56,240 nt of DNA, taken from positions 1-56,240 of the forward strand of contig NW_021833907.1 of NCBI RefSeq assembly GCF_006345805.1, written 5' to 3'. The DNA is from Octopus sinensis. Lineage: Eukaryota. Positions 24,030 to 35,970 of the stretch are shown one piece after another; the stretch's first letter is position 1, and each line of letters begins with the position of its first letter. The notes under the pieces were generated by a model that was not told the DNA's origin, did not search any database, and saw only the letters and a list, made by a program, of their open reading frames with translations. Both the position numbers and the translations under genes were made by a program.

Positions 24030-24870
24030 TCTTTTAGTCCCCCTTTCCCCCCCCCTTTTTGCTCCCTCCTCCATTATTTTCTCTCTTTTCTTCTATTCCC
24101 TTCTCTATTCTTGGCCGATCTAGTAAGCCCTTCAGCCTTTAAGAGTTAAATAGCTACAGCCTCTTGTGAATAGCAGTAATGTGATTAATGTGGCAAACAC
24201 CTAATCATATAACAAGGATTGATACCTACCTCATTGTGTTCAACCATTGTAAAATTTATCGCCTGTGAATATGAAATTCATCTCCATTTCTCTGGAAATT
24301 TACATCTACACCATTGGAATCTGTGCATATATACAAAGGATTAATTCACCCTCTCTGTAATACTAATAAGCAGGAATTGAGACCCACCTCGTTGTAATTA
24401 ACAATGGATAAATTTGTCTTCTGTGAGTATATAATCCCTCATCATATATGGAAATTCATATGGATTAGGTCACCTTCTCTGTGATGCTATCAAAACTTTT
24501 TTAAAATTCTGTGATAAGACTGTACATCATCTTTAAAGAACTTTAATGAACTTTAGAAATCTGTTTAATTATCTACATTACTTCATGAGTATAGCCTCAA
24601 ACACTAGGATGTCTAGAGAACTTACATGTATTTTAGCTGATGAGTACGGGACTCGTTATATGCTGTAATCTTTGCAACTTTTAATAAAACCTGTCCTTGT
24701 ATGAAACGATCGTACTAAAAACCTATCCATTCTTGTTGCTTCTTTCTCGCTTATAATCACCCCACATTACTGTATTGTTAAATCAGTATAGTTTTTTGGT
24801 GCATCTAAGTTAGGTACCATATTCAAGTAAATTTTTTTTAAATTAACTTGAATCTTTATTGCTCTTTAAA
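24030..24870 (+). repeat. 3' pseudo-LTR of the right PLE copy
   Basis: Inverted repeat of ~19530-20358. It ends at gctcttt(a)aatatat, merging into (TA)n. Confidence 0.9.
24631..24720 (+). ncRNA. Type I hammerhead ribozyme, complete; predicted cleavage after A24714
   Basis: ttttag(24631-36) CTGATGA(37-43) gtacgggac(44-52)...gtccttgtat(24693-702) GAAA(03-06) c-gatc-g T A(14) ctaaaa(15-20). Confidence 0.9.
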
Positions 24871-25514
24871 TATATATATATATATATATATATGGATAGA
24901 GAGAGACTTTTATGGGGGCAACCAGATCGACCCATCTCAAGTGTAACTGCCCGAGATGGTCGTGATTTCTGGGACTTGACTGAGGAAAGAAAGCCACGAA
25001 GAAGCCGTCTTTTTTTGCCTGTCCTTCTAATCGTTGTTTCTCCTGTCCGCCTTTCTATCGTCTATCAGTCCGAATCTTTTATTGTCTTCTATTGGGTTTT
25101 TTTACCATTTATATATGTATGTGTGTGTGTATGAGTGTGAGAGTGTGTGTGTGTGTGTGTGTGTGTATGTGTCTATCTATCAATCTATTTATAGAAGTTT
25201 CTATTTGTTTATCTGTCTAATTATTATTCGATTTATCTCTCTCTTTCTCTATTTCTTTCATTTTCTTTCCCTCTCTCTCTGTTCACCACTTTCTTTTTCT
25301 CTCTCTTTTTCTCTCCTTCTGTCTTTCTCTCTTCCTCTCTCTCTCTCTCTCTCTCACTCTCTCTCTCTTCGTGTTGCTATTTTTAGTGTGCTGGTGCTTC
25401 TTGTAGGACCTTTAATTATTAATTAATGAGGCTTTACCTTATGGGATTGTTTTTACGCATGCTTGCGACTTGATATTATTGGAAGCAATAATATCATTAT
25501 ATATATATATATAG

Positions 25515-25556
<42 letters not shown>

Positions 25557-25558
25557 CA

Positions 25559-25650
<92 letters not shown>

Positions 25651-27497
25651 TCACTAATACACAGGTGTGTATAAAAGAATATATTATTAAACATGGTATA
25701 TGACATATGAAGGTGTGACAGCAACCCAGGAATCACTCTTATCTACTAGGCGTTTTACTGAACCAACACCCACTGAATTCTCATGGATCCCCAAAACGAT
25801 CTGAGCGTTACTCCTAAGAGATGTCTCTCGTCAGCTAACGATATGGCGTTGTATCATGTACTGATAGAAAGACTGACGCAGAAAATTACGGAGTTTGGTG
25901 TGGTGATACAAAGTCTGAGAACGAAGCCAAACTTAGGTACATATGTTTGTTTGATTTTTTGTGTTTTACTTAGGGTGTTGTGGTCGACGTTGTTGTTTGC
26001 CCTGATCGTAGTTTTGCACAAAGTTATTCCAACTCTAGCTATCTAATTCTATTGAATCATATAAGATTTTTGTCTCACGTCTCAGCTGCTATCCGAAAAG
26101 CATACACAATGAAGTACCCGTTTGAAATAATTCTCTATTTTTTTTAAAAACGAGAGTGGCAAGTATTTTCCTTGATGTATTTGATTGGCTGAAATTCTTT
26201 AATATCTGGGAAATAAATCTATTTTCCAGCTATTCACCATTCCTACACGACAAGTGCTGAAATGGTGCCTGTGCAACATGAGATGAAGTGTTTGCGCGCA
26301 ATACACCTCCCGTTGCAGGATTTGAAATCACAACCTTGTTATCGAGAGCAGCACCTTTAACCACGATGTTATGTATTCTCGACTTCTATTATATTACCAA
26401 AATGGTATTTTTCATATGTCCAGGCAACACCCAGAGAATATTCTTATCTATTTGACACATTTCTAAAACAAACGCCATTGTTTTTATCGATTATTGGGAT
26501 GGCGATATCTGCTCAAAGACACGGCCTCATCTCTCGAGTTACTAAAATGCAAACCGGACGAATTTCCCTCGTTTCCCAGAATATATTTCAGTTGGTTGTA
26601 AAGGACGCTTGTTGTTCACTGATGACATCCCGTCGATTTACATGTATTGCAATATGTGTTGTGTTCTTTCCGTGGTTAAGACGGTAGGGCGTGAGACAAT
26701 GGAATATCATTTTCCCAAATGCTTACGATAGGGCTGATAGCGCAAATATACAAGTAATGGACATTCATTAGTCCTGAAACCTACATCTACAATCATTATT
26801 GTAATACATCACATGATGTGGATGTTAATTTTCATAGATCTTTCCGATGTATAAGTTCGACCTTACTATCAAGATGAACCATCAATTTATTAAATGACAT
26901 CTTGGACTTCCTTAGAGTCCGTCTACAATACCCACTCACAAGTCTTTGCTCGGACGGAGGCTATAGTAGAAGAAACTTTCCCAGGTTGCCATGCAGCGAA
27001 ACTAAACCTGGATCTAAGTGCTGACGGAGCAAGTTTCTTACCACATAGCCACGCCTATGCATGTGTGTTTATGTATAAGTCTATATATAGGATGAACAGG
27101 ACAAACAAATGTTTAACTAATAGTTTTTACATGCGTGTAACAACGTTATGGTTGCTTGGAAAAGAAAAGTAACAAAAATTGATTTATCTATTCGCGTTCT
27201 GAGTTCTATCCTGTCGAACTCCCATTTGCCTTTCATTTCTCAGAGGTACTGAAGTCCAATTAGTCGACAGTCCACCTTCCCCACAAAACACAACTACTGG
27301 CATTCTACCTAAACCCGAAACCACTTTATAGGTGGCAATCTAGGATTTTAGGCCGACGAATTGCTACGCAGTGTCATATGTAAACATGTATGGTATATAA
27401 AGATGCATGAGGATATATATACATACACAAACACGCACAAATATGTGTGCGTGTATGAGTGTGTGTGCATATGAGTGTGTGTATGTATGTACGTTTG

Positions 27498-27536
<39 letters not shown>

Positions 27537-27624
27537 GAATGTATATGTGAGCGTGTGTCTACATGTATGTGAATACATGCACAAGTGTACGAGGCGAAAC
27601 ATCCAAACAAACACACAAACACAC

Positions 27625-27662
<38 letters not shown>

Positions 27663-28009
27663 GGTATATAAATACTTATATATGTATTCATACGCATTTA
27701 GATATATACACACACATAAGCACACACATATATCAATATGTATACTTTTTCTTTAATTCTTTTACTTGTTGAAGTCATTTGCCTGCGTCCATGCTGGAGC
27801 ACAATATCATAAGCCTTTAAGCCCAATACATTGACATCAGGGATTATTCTTTGTAAGCCAAGTACTTATTTTATTGTCCGCTTTTGCCGAGCCGCAATGT
27901 TAAGGAGGGGGCGTAAAAACCTGCTGTAAGTTATGAAAGGGTAACAAACATAGTCGCGAAGACAGACACACACATACACAAACAAACAAACTCACACACA
28001 CTTATGCAT

Positions 28010-28059
<50 letters not shown>

Positions 28060-31000
28060 ACGAAATTCTTTCGGTATTTTCGTCTACCAAATCCACTCGT
28101 ACGGCTTTGGTCACCCGAGGTTATAGTAGAAGACACTTTCCCAAATTGCCATGCAGTGAAACTGAACCTGGATCTATCTGCTTGCGAACCATCTATCTTA
28201 CCACATAGCCACGCCTATGCATGTGTGTTTATCTATAAGTCTTTATACAGGATGAACAAGACAAACAAATATTAAATAATAATTCTGACGTGCATGTAAC
28301 AATGTTATGGTTGCTTGGAACCAAATGCTCACCGACAAATGATTGTCAGGAACAACATTATTCTATTAAGTTGCATAGTTATAGAATGATAGAGAGAGGG
28401 AAAAATAAATCATATATACATGTGTGTGTAGATACAAATGTTAAATCTTAAAAGAAAAGTAACAAAAATTAATTTACCTTTATAAAGCCGACTCCAAATT
28501 TTACTTCAGTTTCAAATTTTTTTACAGAAATTAAAAATCTTATCCACTTATCTGAATATTCTATTGCCTCATATAAATTTTTTGTCTCACTTTCCAGCTT
28601 CTATCCGAAATGCACACTGAATGAAATATCCTGTTGTAATAATTCTCTATATTTTTTAAACGAGAGTGGCAGTATTTTCCCTTGATGTATGTGATTGGCT
28701 GAAATACTTTAATATCCGGAAAATAAATCCATATTCCAGCTAGTCACCATTCCTACACGTCAAGTGTTGAAATGGTCGCTGTGTAACATAAGATGAAGTG
28801 TTCTGCGCACAATACACCACTCGTCCCAGGATCTGAAATCATGACCTTAATCACGATTTCATGTGTCCTCGACTTCAATTATATTACCAAAATGCTATTT
28901 TTCATATGTCCTGGCAACACCCAGAGAATATTCTTATCTACTTGACGCTTTTCTGAAATAAACGCCATTGTTTTTATCGATTATTGGGATTGCGATATCT
29001 GCTCAAAGACACGACCTCATCTCTCTAGTTACTAAAATGCAAACCCAACCAATTTTCCTCGTTTCCCAGAATATATTTCAGTTGGTTGTAAATTATTCTA
29101 GTTGTTCACTGGCGGAAAGACTATGACCACAGGCGTTTCGGTCATGATCATCCCGTTGATTTATTTACATCGTAATGTGTGTTCTATTCTTTCCGTGGTT
29201 AAGACGGTAGGGTGCGAGACAATGGAATATCATTGTCTCAAATGCTTACGATAGGGCTGATAGCGCAAATGTTCAAGTAATGGACATTCATTAGTCCTGA
29301 AACCTACATCTACAATAATTATTGTATGACATCACATGATGTTAATGTTAATTTTCATAGATCTCTCCGAAATATTAGTCCGGCCTTACTATCAAGATGA
29401 ACCTTCAATTTATTAAATGACATCTAGGACTGAATTATTCTGCTACTAGCAGAAGAATGAAAGTGATATTCTACGTGGTTTTACTCTCCGTGTGTTTTAG
29501 CATATTGTAACTTTCATGTACATGGGTTATCTCAAGTACAACATACCCTCGAATGTTTAGGGGCGTCCAGTTCACCCTGCGTCACTTGCCACAGGTCTCA
29601 CACAGCAGATGCAGGTACTAGAGGGTAAAGACGGTACTGAATCCCTAAGCTGTTCACGTGTGAATCCCCATATCAATTTATTATTATTCCATATACAAAC
29701 AACAGTTTAGATTGTGTGAGTACGTTTGTGTATATATACATATATACATAATTAAGATTTTGCTTACAAACTTTGTCTCCCTTTTCAGCTTCCTTTCAGT
29801 AACCAAAACCATGTCTCAATATTACTATTTCCTGCAACTATCTTTGCCAATCTACCAGGGAAAAACATTCTCTTGTCAGTTAGATAATCTCTCTTATTTT
29901 TTCTGGTTTTAATTTCATTTGGCTTTTTCCTTTCCTCTCTCCTACTGTAACTCTTGCAACTCATAAATTATATTCACTATTATATACATCAACTCTAGCT
30001 AACTCTACGGTACCTTCTGCTGATATTAAACCTCACCCACCTTCGTTATTCTAAGTAAATCTTGCTCTTCGTAATCGAGGCTGAAGTCCTCCATTCATAT
30101 CGAATTCCTTCCTAGTTATTTTGTCAAGATTTGCAAATTGAGATCTTTTCAATCAACAAATCTGCTGAATACAAGTAACCATACTTCCCAAAGTTTTTAC
30201 ACCTTTACTAGATTTAGAACACTAAGCTTTCCCTTTATTAGCTTCTTTTCCCTTCCGATGTACTCCTTATCTATTTCCATTGTTAGGACACTCTCAGATT
30301 CTAATACTCCGAAGCACTTATGATTCTCTGCCTTCAGTGATTTTACTCTCTTGCTATCTGACATTCACTGCTGACTATCTGTCCACTTTTTATGACTTAT
30401 GTGGCGCACATATCTATGCCAAATTCTTATATCTTTGCTGAAGAATCTTACAATTCTTGTTCCTATAGATATACACACTTACGTGTGAATATATATAGGA
30501 ATATGCCACTGCATGTATGTGTGTATATGTTAGTGCGTGTATGTATATATGTATGTCTGTATGCATGTGTGCGTATACATTCATCCCTTTAACCCTCAAG
30601 TCAAACACACCCTCACTATATAGACTAATCTCTATATACTCTCATATGTTTCTCATTCGCCCAATAATAGACTCTTCCAAGGCCTTACAAAACTGATTCA
30701 ATTTCTATTCAAAGATGCAACTGATAACTTCCATTATCCTTTGCCAGGGACTTACCTGGAAACTTTACTAACTCTTCGATCACGAAAATACCCAACACAT
30801 TTATCAGAGAATTCCATGGTTTCCCAAAAGACTGGGAACGAATAATATCCTCGATAAAGGATATTATGCATTTCTGCATTTTCTTCTTCTTTCTCAATAA
30901 CGGAATGATTTGCTCAGATGGAATTCTTTACTCAATAACATGCTTAGTTATTCTAGAAACATCTATAAAAGACTTTGCCAATTTCTATAACCACTCTGCA

Positions 31001-31634
31001 CAGTTCTTTTATTTGTTTCAGCCATTTCACAGCGGCCATGCTGGAACACAGCCTTTTAATCTAACAAATGGACACCGGGATTTATTGTGTAAGCCTATTA
31101 TTTATTCTATCGGTCTCATTTGCCGAACCGTCTCGGCTACAGACACGTAAACTCACCAACATCGGTTGTCAAGAGATGGTGGGGGGACAAACATACACAC
31201 ACACAAACACACAATTACACACACTTAAGACGGATGTCTTTCAGTTTCCGTCTCCCAAATCCACTCTCAAGACTTTGGTCGGCCCGAGGCTATAGTGGAA
31301 CGCATTTTCCCAAGGTGCAACGCAGTTGGAATGAACCCCGAACCATGTGATTGTAGCACGCTACTTACTAAAACAGCCACTCCTGCACCTATACTTATAT
31401 TATAAATTATAAAATGAATGTTCTTGAATAACGCTAAATATTTTGCTTGATCATTATCTGTTATAATTTATGTCCCTCCGCTCAATGATCAACCACTTCA
31501 TATCACCTTTGATACGCAATTTCTCCACCACATTTTTCTTTTCGAGCCGGTGTTTTAGTAGTAAACCAAACTGAGCAGTCACACTACATACGACTTTTTA
31601 CATGATTTTCTTTCGTATGAACGCTAAGGTATAA

Positions 31635-31991
31635 TACTCTTTTACTCTTTTACTTGTTTCAGTCATTTGACTGCGGCCATGCTGGAGCACCGCCTTTAGT
31701 ACTTATTCTATCGGTCTCTTTTGCCGAAACGCTAAGTAACGGGGACATAAGCACACCAGCATCGGTTGTCAAGCAATGCTAGGGGACAAACACAAACACA
31801 CACACACACACACATACATATATATACATATATACGACAGGCTTCTTTCAGTTTCCGTCTACCAAATCCACTCACAAGGCATTGGTCGGCCCGGGGCTAT
31901 AGCAGAAGACACTTGCCCAAGATGCCACGCAGTGGGACTGAACCCGGAACCATGTGGTTGGTTAGCAAGCTACTTACCACACAGCCACTCC
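31635..31991 (+). mobile_element. Near full-length Octopus-type SINE (related copy at ~31015-31390; many fragments in the array)
   Basis: tactcttttacttgtttcagtcatttgactgcggccatgctggagcaccgcc...ggtcggcccggggctatagcagaagacacttgcccaagatgccacgcagtgggactgaacccggaaccatgtggttg...; recognised from memory as an abundant Octopus SINE. Confidence 0.8.
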
Positions 31992-33172
31992 TTTTATGTG
32001 GCTTTGGGGAGTGGCATGAATCGGATTTCTTCTATTTGTATGAATTTCAATTACTCGTGTGACGAACAATTGCTTTAACGAACATGGCACGGAAAGTATT
32101 ATGTGTATATATAGAGATATATTGAGAGGTTTTGAGTCGAACTAATTGACCTCTGTACTTAATTATTTAAGCATGGTACTTATTTCATCGGAGTATTATG
32201 GTGAACCGCTAGGTTACCGGAGCGTAAACACACCAACACAGGTCGTCAAGCGGTGGGACAAACACGGACACAAAGACACACACACACACACTGATACATA
32301 CAGACAGGCATATATAGGCATCCGAGTGGCCGTAGAGTAAGAAACACATGGTTTGAGTGGATTTCATAGATGGAAACTCAAATAAGCCCGTCGTATGTAT
32401 GTGTCTATATTTGTCCCTCCACCATCCCCTGACAACCGGTGTTTGTGTGCTTACGTCCCTGTAACCTAGCGGTTCGGTAAAAGAGACCGATAGAATAAGT
32501 TCTAGGCTTACAAATATTAAGTCCTAGGGTCGATTTGTTCGATTGAAGGCGGAGCTCCTACATGGCTGCAGTCAAATGACTGAAACAAGTCAAAGAATAG
32601 TCACGATGGGCTTCTTTCAGTTTCCATCTACCAAATCCACTCCTGAAGATTTTGAGAGTCCAATGGCTACAGTAGAAGACACGTGCTTAGTGTGCCATGC
32701 AGTGGAACTGAAACCGAAACCAGATTTGGAAGCAAGCGTCTTACCACACAGCCGCGCCTAAACATGCCCACCTACACAGATTCAATCCAAGGAAACACAC
32801 ATAAAGATGAAACACTCTCCAAGCCGTTCACTTTATAATTTGCTAAAACCATTAACATGGTGTCCATTAGTGAGTAATGCTGTGTTTTGTTTTATTTCTC
32901 CTACACATTGATTTCAAATTTTGGCACAACACCAGCAATTTCGGGAGAGGGAGTAAGTTGATTGCATCGACCCCAGTACATAACTGATATTGATTTCATC
33001 GACCCCGAAAGGATAAAAGGCAAAGACAACCTCGGCGGAATATTTCTACTTAATATTTAATATTATTTCGTTCATGCATTTTTGAAATTGGGTGTTAAAA
33101 CAGAAATTCTTCTATTTGGAGATGGTCGTCTGTTGCCAATGAAAACACACGCAATATATATTTGATCTTCAC

Positions 33173-33223
<51 letters not shown>

Positions 33224-33642
33224 GTTGTTGTTGTTATTGGTACGCTGGGCGAAGCGCTTAGAAGTATTTCGTCTGCCAAAAGGCGGTGAGCTGGCAGAAA
33301 CGTTAGCACGTCAGGCGAAACGCTTAGGAGGATTTCGTCTGTGGTTACGTTCTGAGTTCTAATTCCGCCGAGGTTGACTTTGCCTTTCATCATTTCGGAG
33401 TCGATTAAATAAGTACCAGTTACGCACTGGGGTTGATATAATCGACTCAATCCGTTTGTCTGTCCTTGTTTGCCCTTGTGGGTAGTAAAGAATTTGATAT
33501 TTCGCCTCTCACTACGTTCTGAGTTCAAATTCCGCCGAGGTTGACTTTGCCTTTTATCCTTTCGTTGACGATAAATTCAGTACCAGTTACACACTGGGAT
33601 CGATGTAATGGACTTGTCCATGTGCTTCAAGTAGAAATTATT

Positions 33643-33673
<31 letters not shown>

Positions 33674-34189
33674 TTATTATTATTATTATTTCTATTATTA
33701 TTATTATTATTATTATTATTTATTTCATTATTATTGTTATTATATTGTTATTGTTGTTCTTATTATATTATTATTATTATTATTATTATTATTTTTTATT
33801 ATTTATTATTATCTCATTATTATTATTATTACTATTATTATTATTATTATTATTATTAAGCGGAGAGCTGGCAGAATCCTTAGCACGCCGGGCAAAATGC
33901 TTGGTGGTATTTCATCCATCATTAGTTTCTGAGTTCAAATTCCCCGAGGTCACTTCGCATTTCATCATTTCGATGTCTAAATTAATACCAGTTCTGTACT
34001 AGGGGCTATGTAATCGACTAACTCACTCCCCAAAAGATTTCAGGCCTTGTGCCTATAGTTGGAACGACTGTTATTATTGTTATTATTATTATGGTGATTG
34101 TGATTATTATTATTATTATTATTATTATATTATTATTATATTATTATTATTTTATATTATTATTATTATTATTATTATTATCCTATTTT

Positions 34190-34635
34190 GACTTTTGCTT
34201 TATGTCTGTGCAAGTTGGCTCCAATCTCACCCAGAGACCTCAAGAGACAACATGTTGGAAGTTCTGAGCCTATATTTGTTTTTTTTTTTTTGTGGTGTTG
34301 TACTAGTGAATGTCTAATACATAAAAAATAATAATAAATAAATAAAAAAAAGTTTGTTTTAAACCTGTGATTACATAGAGAGTATTTTCGTAGGATATGA
34401 GCAGTTCCCATGAGCACTATCTTTTGAATTTCTGCCCTTTTCTGGTTTCCTGGTATCTGAGTTAGGTAGCAGTCACCCCTTTCGCTATCATTCCCAGGGC
34501 ACCTATGACAACAGGTATTGTTTTAGTCTTCAGCTTCCACATTTTGCTGATTTCTATTTCAAGATCTTTAATTTGCTCATTTTTGGTAGTCTTAACAGAT
34601 ACGTTTATTCGATTGGGACAGTCACATCAATATTT
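34190..34635 (-). mobile_element. 5'-truncated R4/Dong-type LINE (RLE C-terminus + 3' tail) inside (ATT)n
   Basis: IKDLEIEISKMWKLKTKTIPVVIGALGMIAK...QKIVLMGTAHILRK, with (ATT)n on both sides. Confidence 0.8.
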
Positions 34636-34640
34636 TATTA

Positions 34641-34697
<57 letters not shown>

Positions 34698-35150
34698 CAT
34701 TATTATTATTTATTATTATTATTATTAGTTTATTAATAGTTCTTTCGTCTCACATAATATGATCTCCTGGGCGTCTCTCTGCTCCACCTGTTTTCTTCTT
34801 ATTCCACTATTCTCGATTAAAAATTATTAAATGTCTACTTATCTACTGTTTGTCAAGTGGATTGTTTATCAAATAATTTATACTCGGAACAATTGTACAT
34901 ATTTCCCTGGTTAAAACGGAATTTCCCACTTGGTGCAGCTACGTAATTTAGTAAGTGTTTGCAAGTGCTAAGAAACTTGGGAAGCGGATTTTGAACGACG
35001 CAAATGTCTCGTTTGAGAAATGCAAGTTGATTATTGCATCAAAAATTCGGGCAGGAAGTAGACGGAATGGTCAGCGAAGGTCGTTGGCGGGTGTTGAACC
35101 CCTTATTGGTGAGAGGAGGAAAAAAGACGAATGAATACACGAAGATACAC

Positions 35151-35195
<45 letters not shown>

Positions 35196-35480
35196 ACACA
35201 CAGATACACATATATATATATATATATATATATATGGAGAGAGAGAGACTTTTATGGGGGCAACCAGATCGACCCATCTCAAGTGTAACTGCCCGAGATG
35301 GTCGTGACTTCTGGGACTTGACTGAGGAAAGAAAGCCACGAAAGAGCCGTCTTTTTTTGCCTGTCCTTCTAATCGGTGTTTCTCCTGTGCGCCTTTCTAT
35401 CGTCTATCAGTCCGAATCTTTCATTGTCTACTATTGCGTTTTTTTACCATTTATATGTATGTGTGTGTGTATGAGTGTGT

Positions 35481-35522
<42 letters not shown>

Positions 35523-35833
35523 TGTCTATCTATCAATCTATTTATAGAAGTTTCTATTTGCTTATCTGTCTAATTATTCTTCGATTTATCTCTCTCTCTT
35601 TCTCTATTTCTTTCATTTTCTTTCCCCCTCTCTCTGTTCCACACTTTCTTTTTCTCTCTATTTTCTCCCTTGTCTTTCTCTCTCTCTTCCTCTCTCTCTC
35701 TCTCTTCGTGCTGCTATTTTTAGTGTGCTGTTGCTGCTTGTAGGACCTTTAATTATTAATTAATGAGGCTTTACCTTATGGGATTGTTTTTACGCATGCT
35801 TGCGACTGATATTATTGGAAGCAATAATATCAT

Positions 35834-35865
<32 letters not shown>

Positions 35866-35938
35866 CATATATAATATATATATATATATATTATATATAC
35901 ATAATACATATACATACACCCACACCACACACACACTA

Positions 35939-35970
<32 letters not shown>

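Larger units (their letters stand above)
15137..24870. mobile_element. Head-to-head palindromic Penelope-like element dimer (~9.7 kb)
   Basis: 15137-19471 is the reverse complement of 20355-24702. The spacer 19472-20354 is a pseudo-LTR copy. Each arm carries RT + GIY-YIG. Confidence 0.95.

Noticed and set aside
15137-24870. Possibility that the palindrome is a fold-back sequencing artefact
   Set aside because: Flanks are not mirrored, the ends differ in length and the spacer is a pLTR with a microhomology junction. Read-level confirmation is still needed.
25783-26046. 87-aa ORF with a hydrophobic C-terminus, repeated at 36136-36399
   Set aside because: Preservation is expected from recent duplication; the third copy (~49812) stops after six codons; no recognisable domain.
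29700-30350. Purine-rich minus-strand segment (paralog 43390-44050) resembling CR1/L2 ORF1
   Set aside because: Similarity too weak and too interrupted to call.
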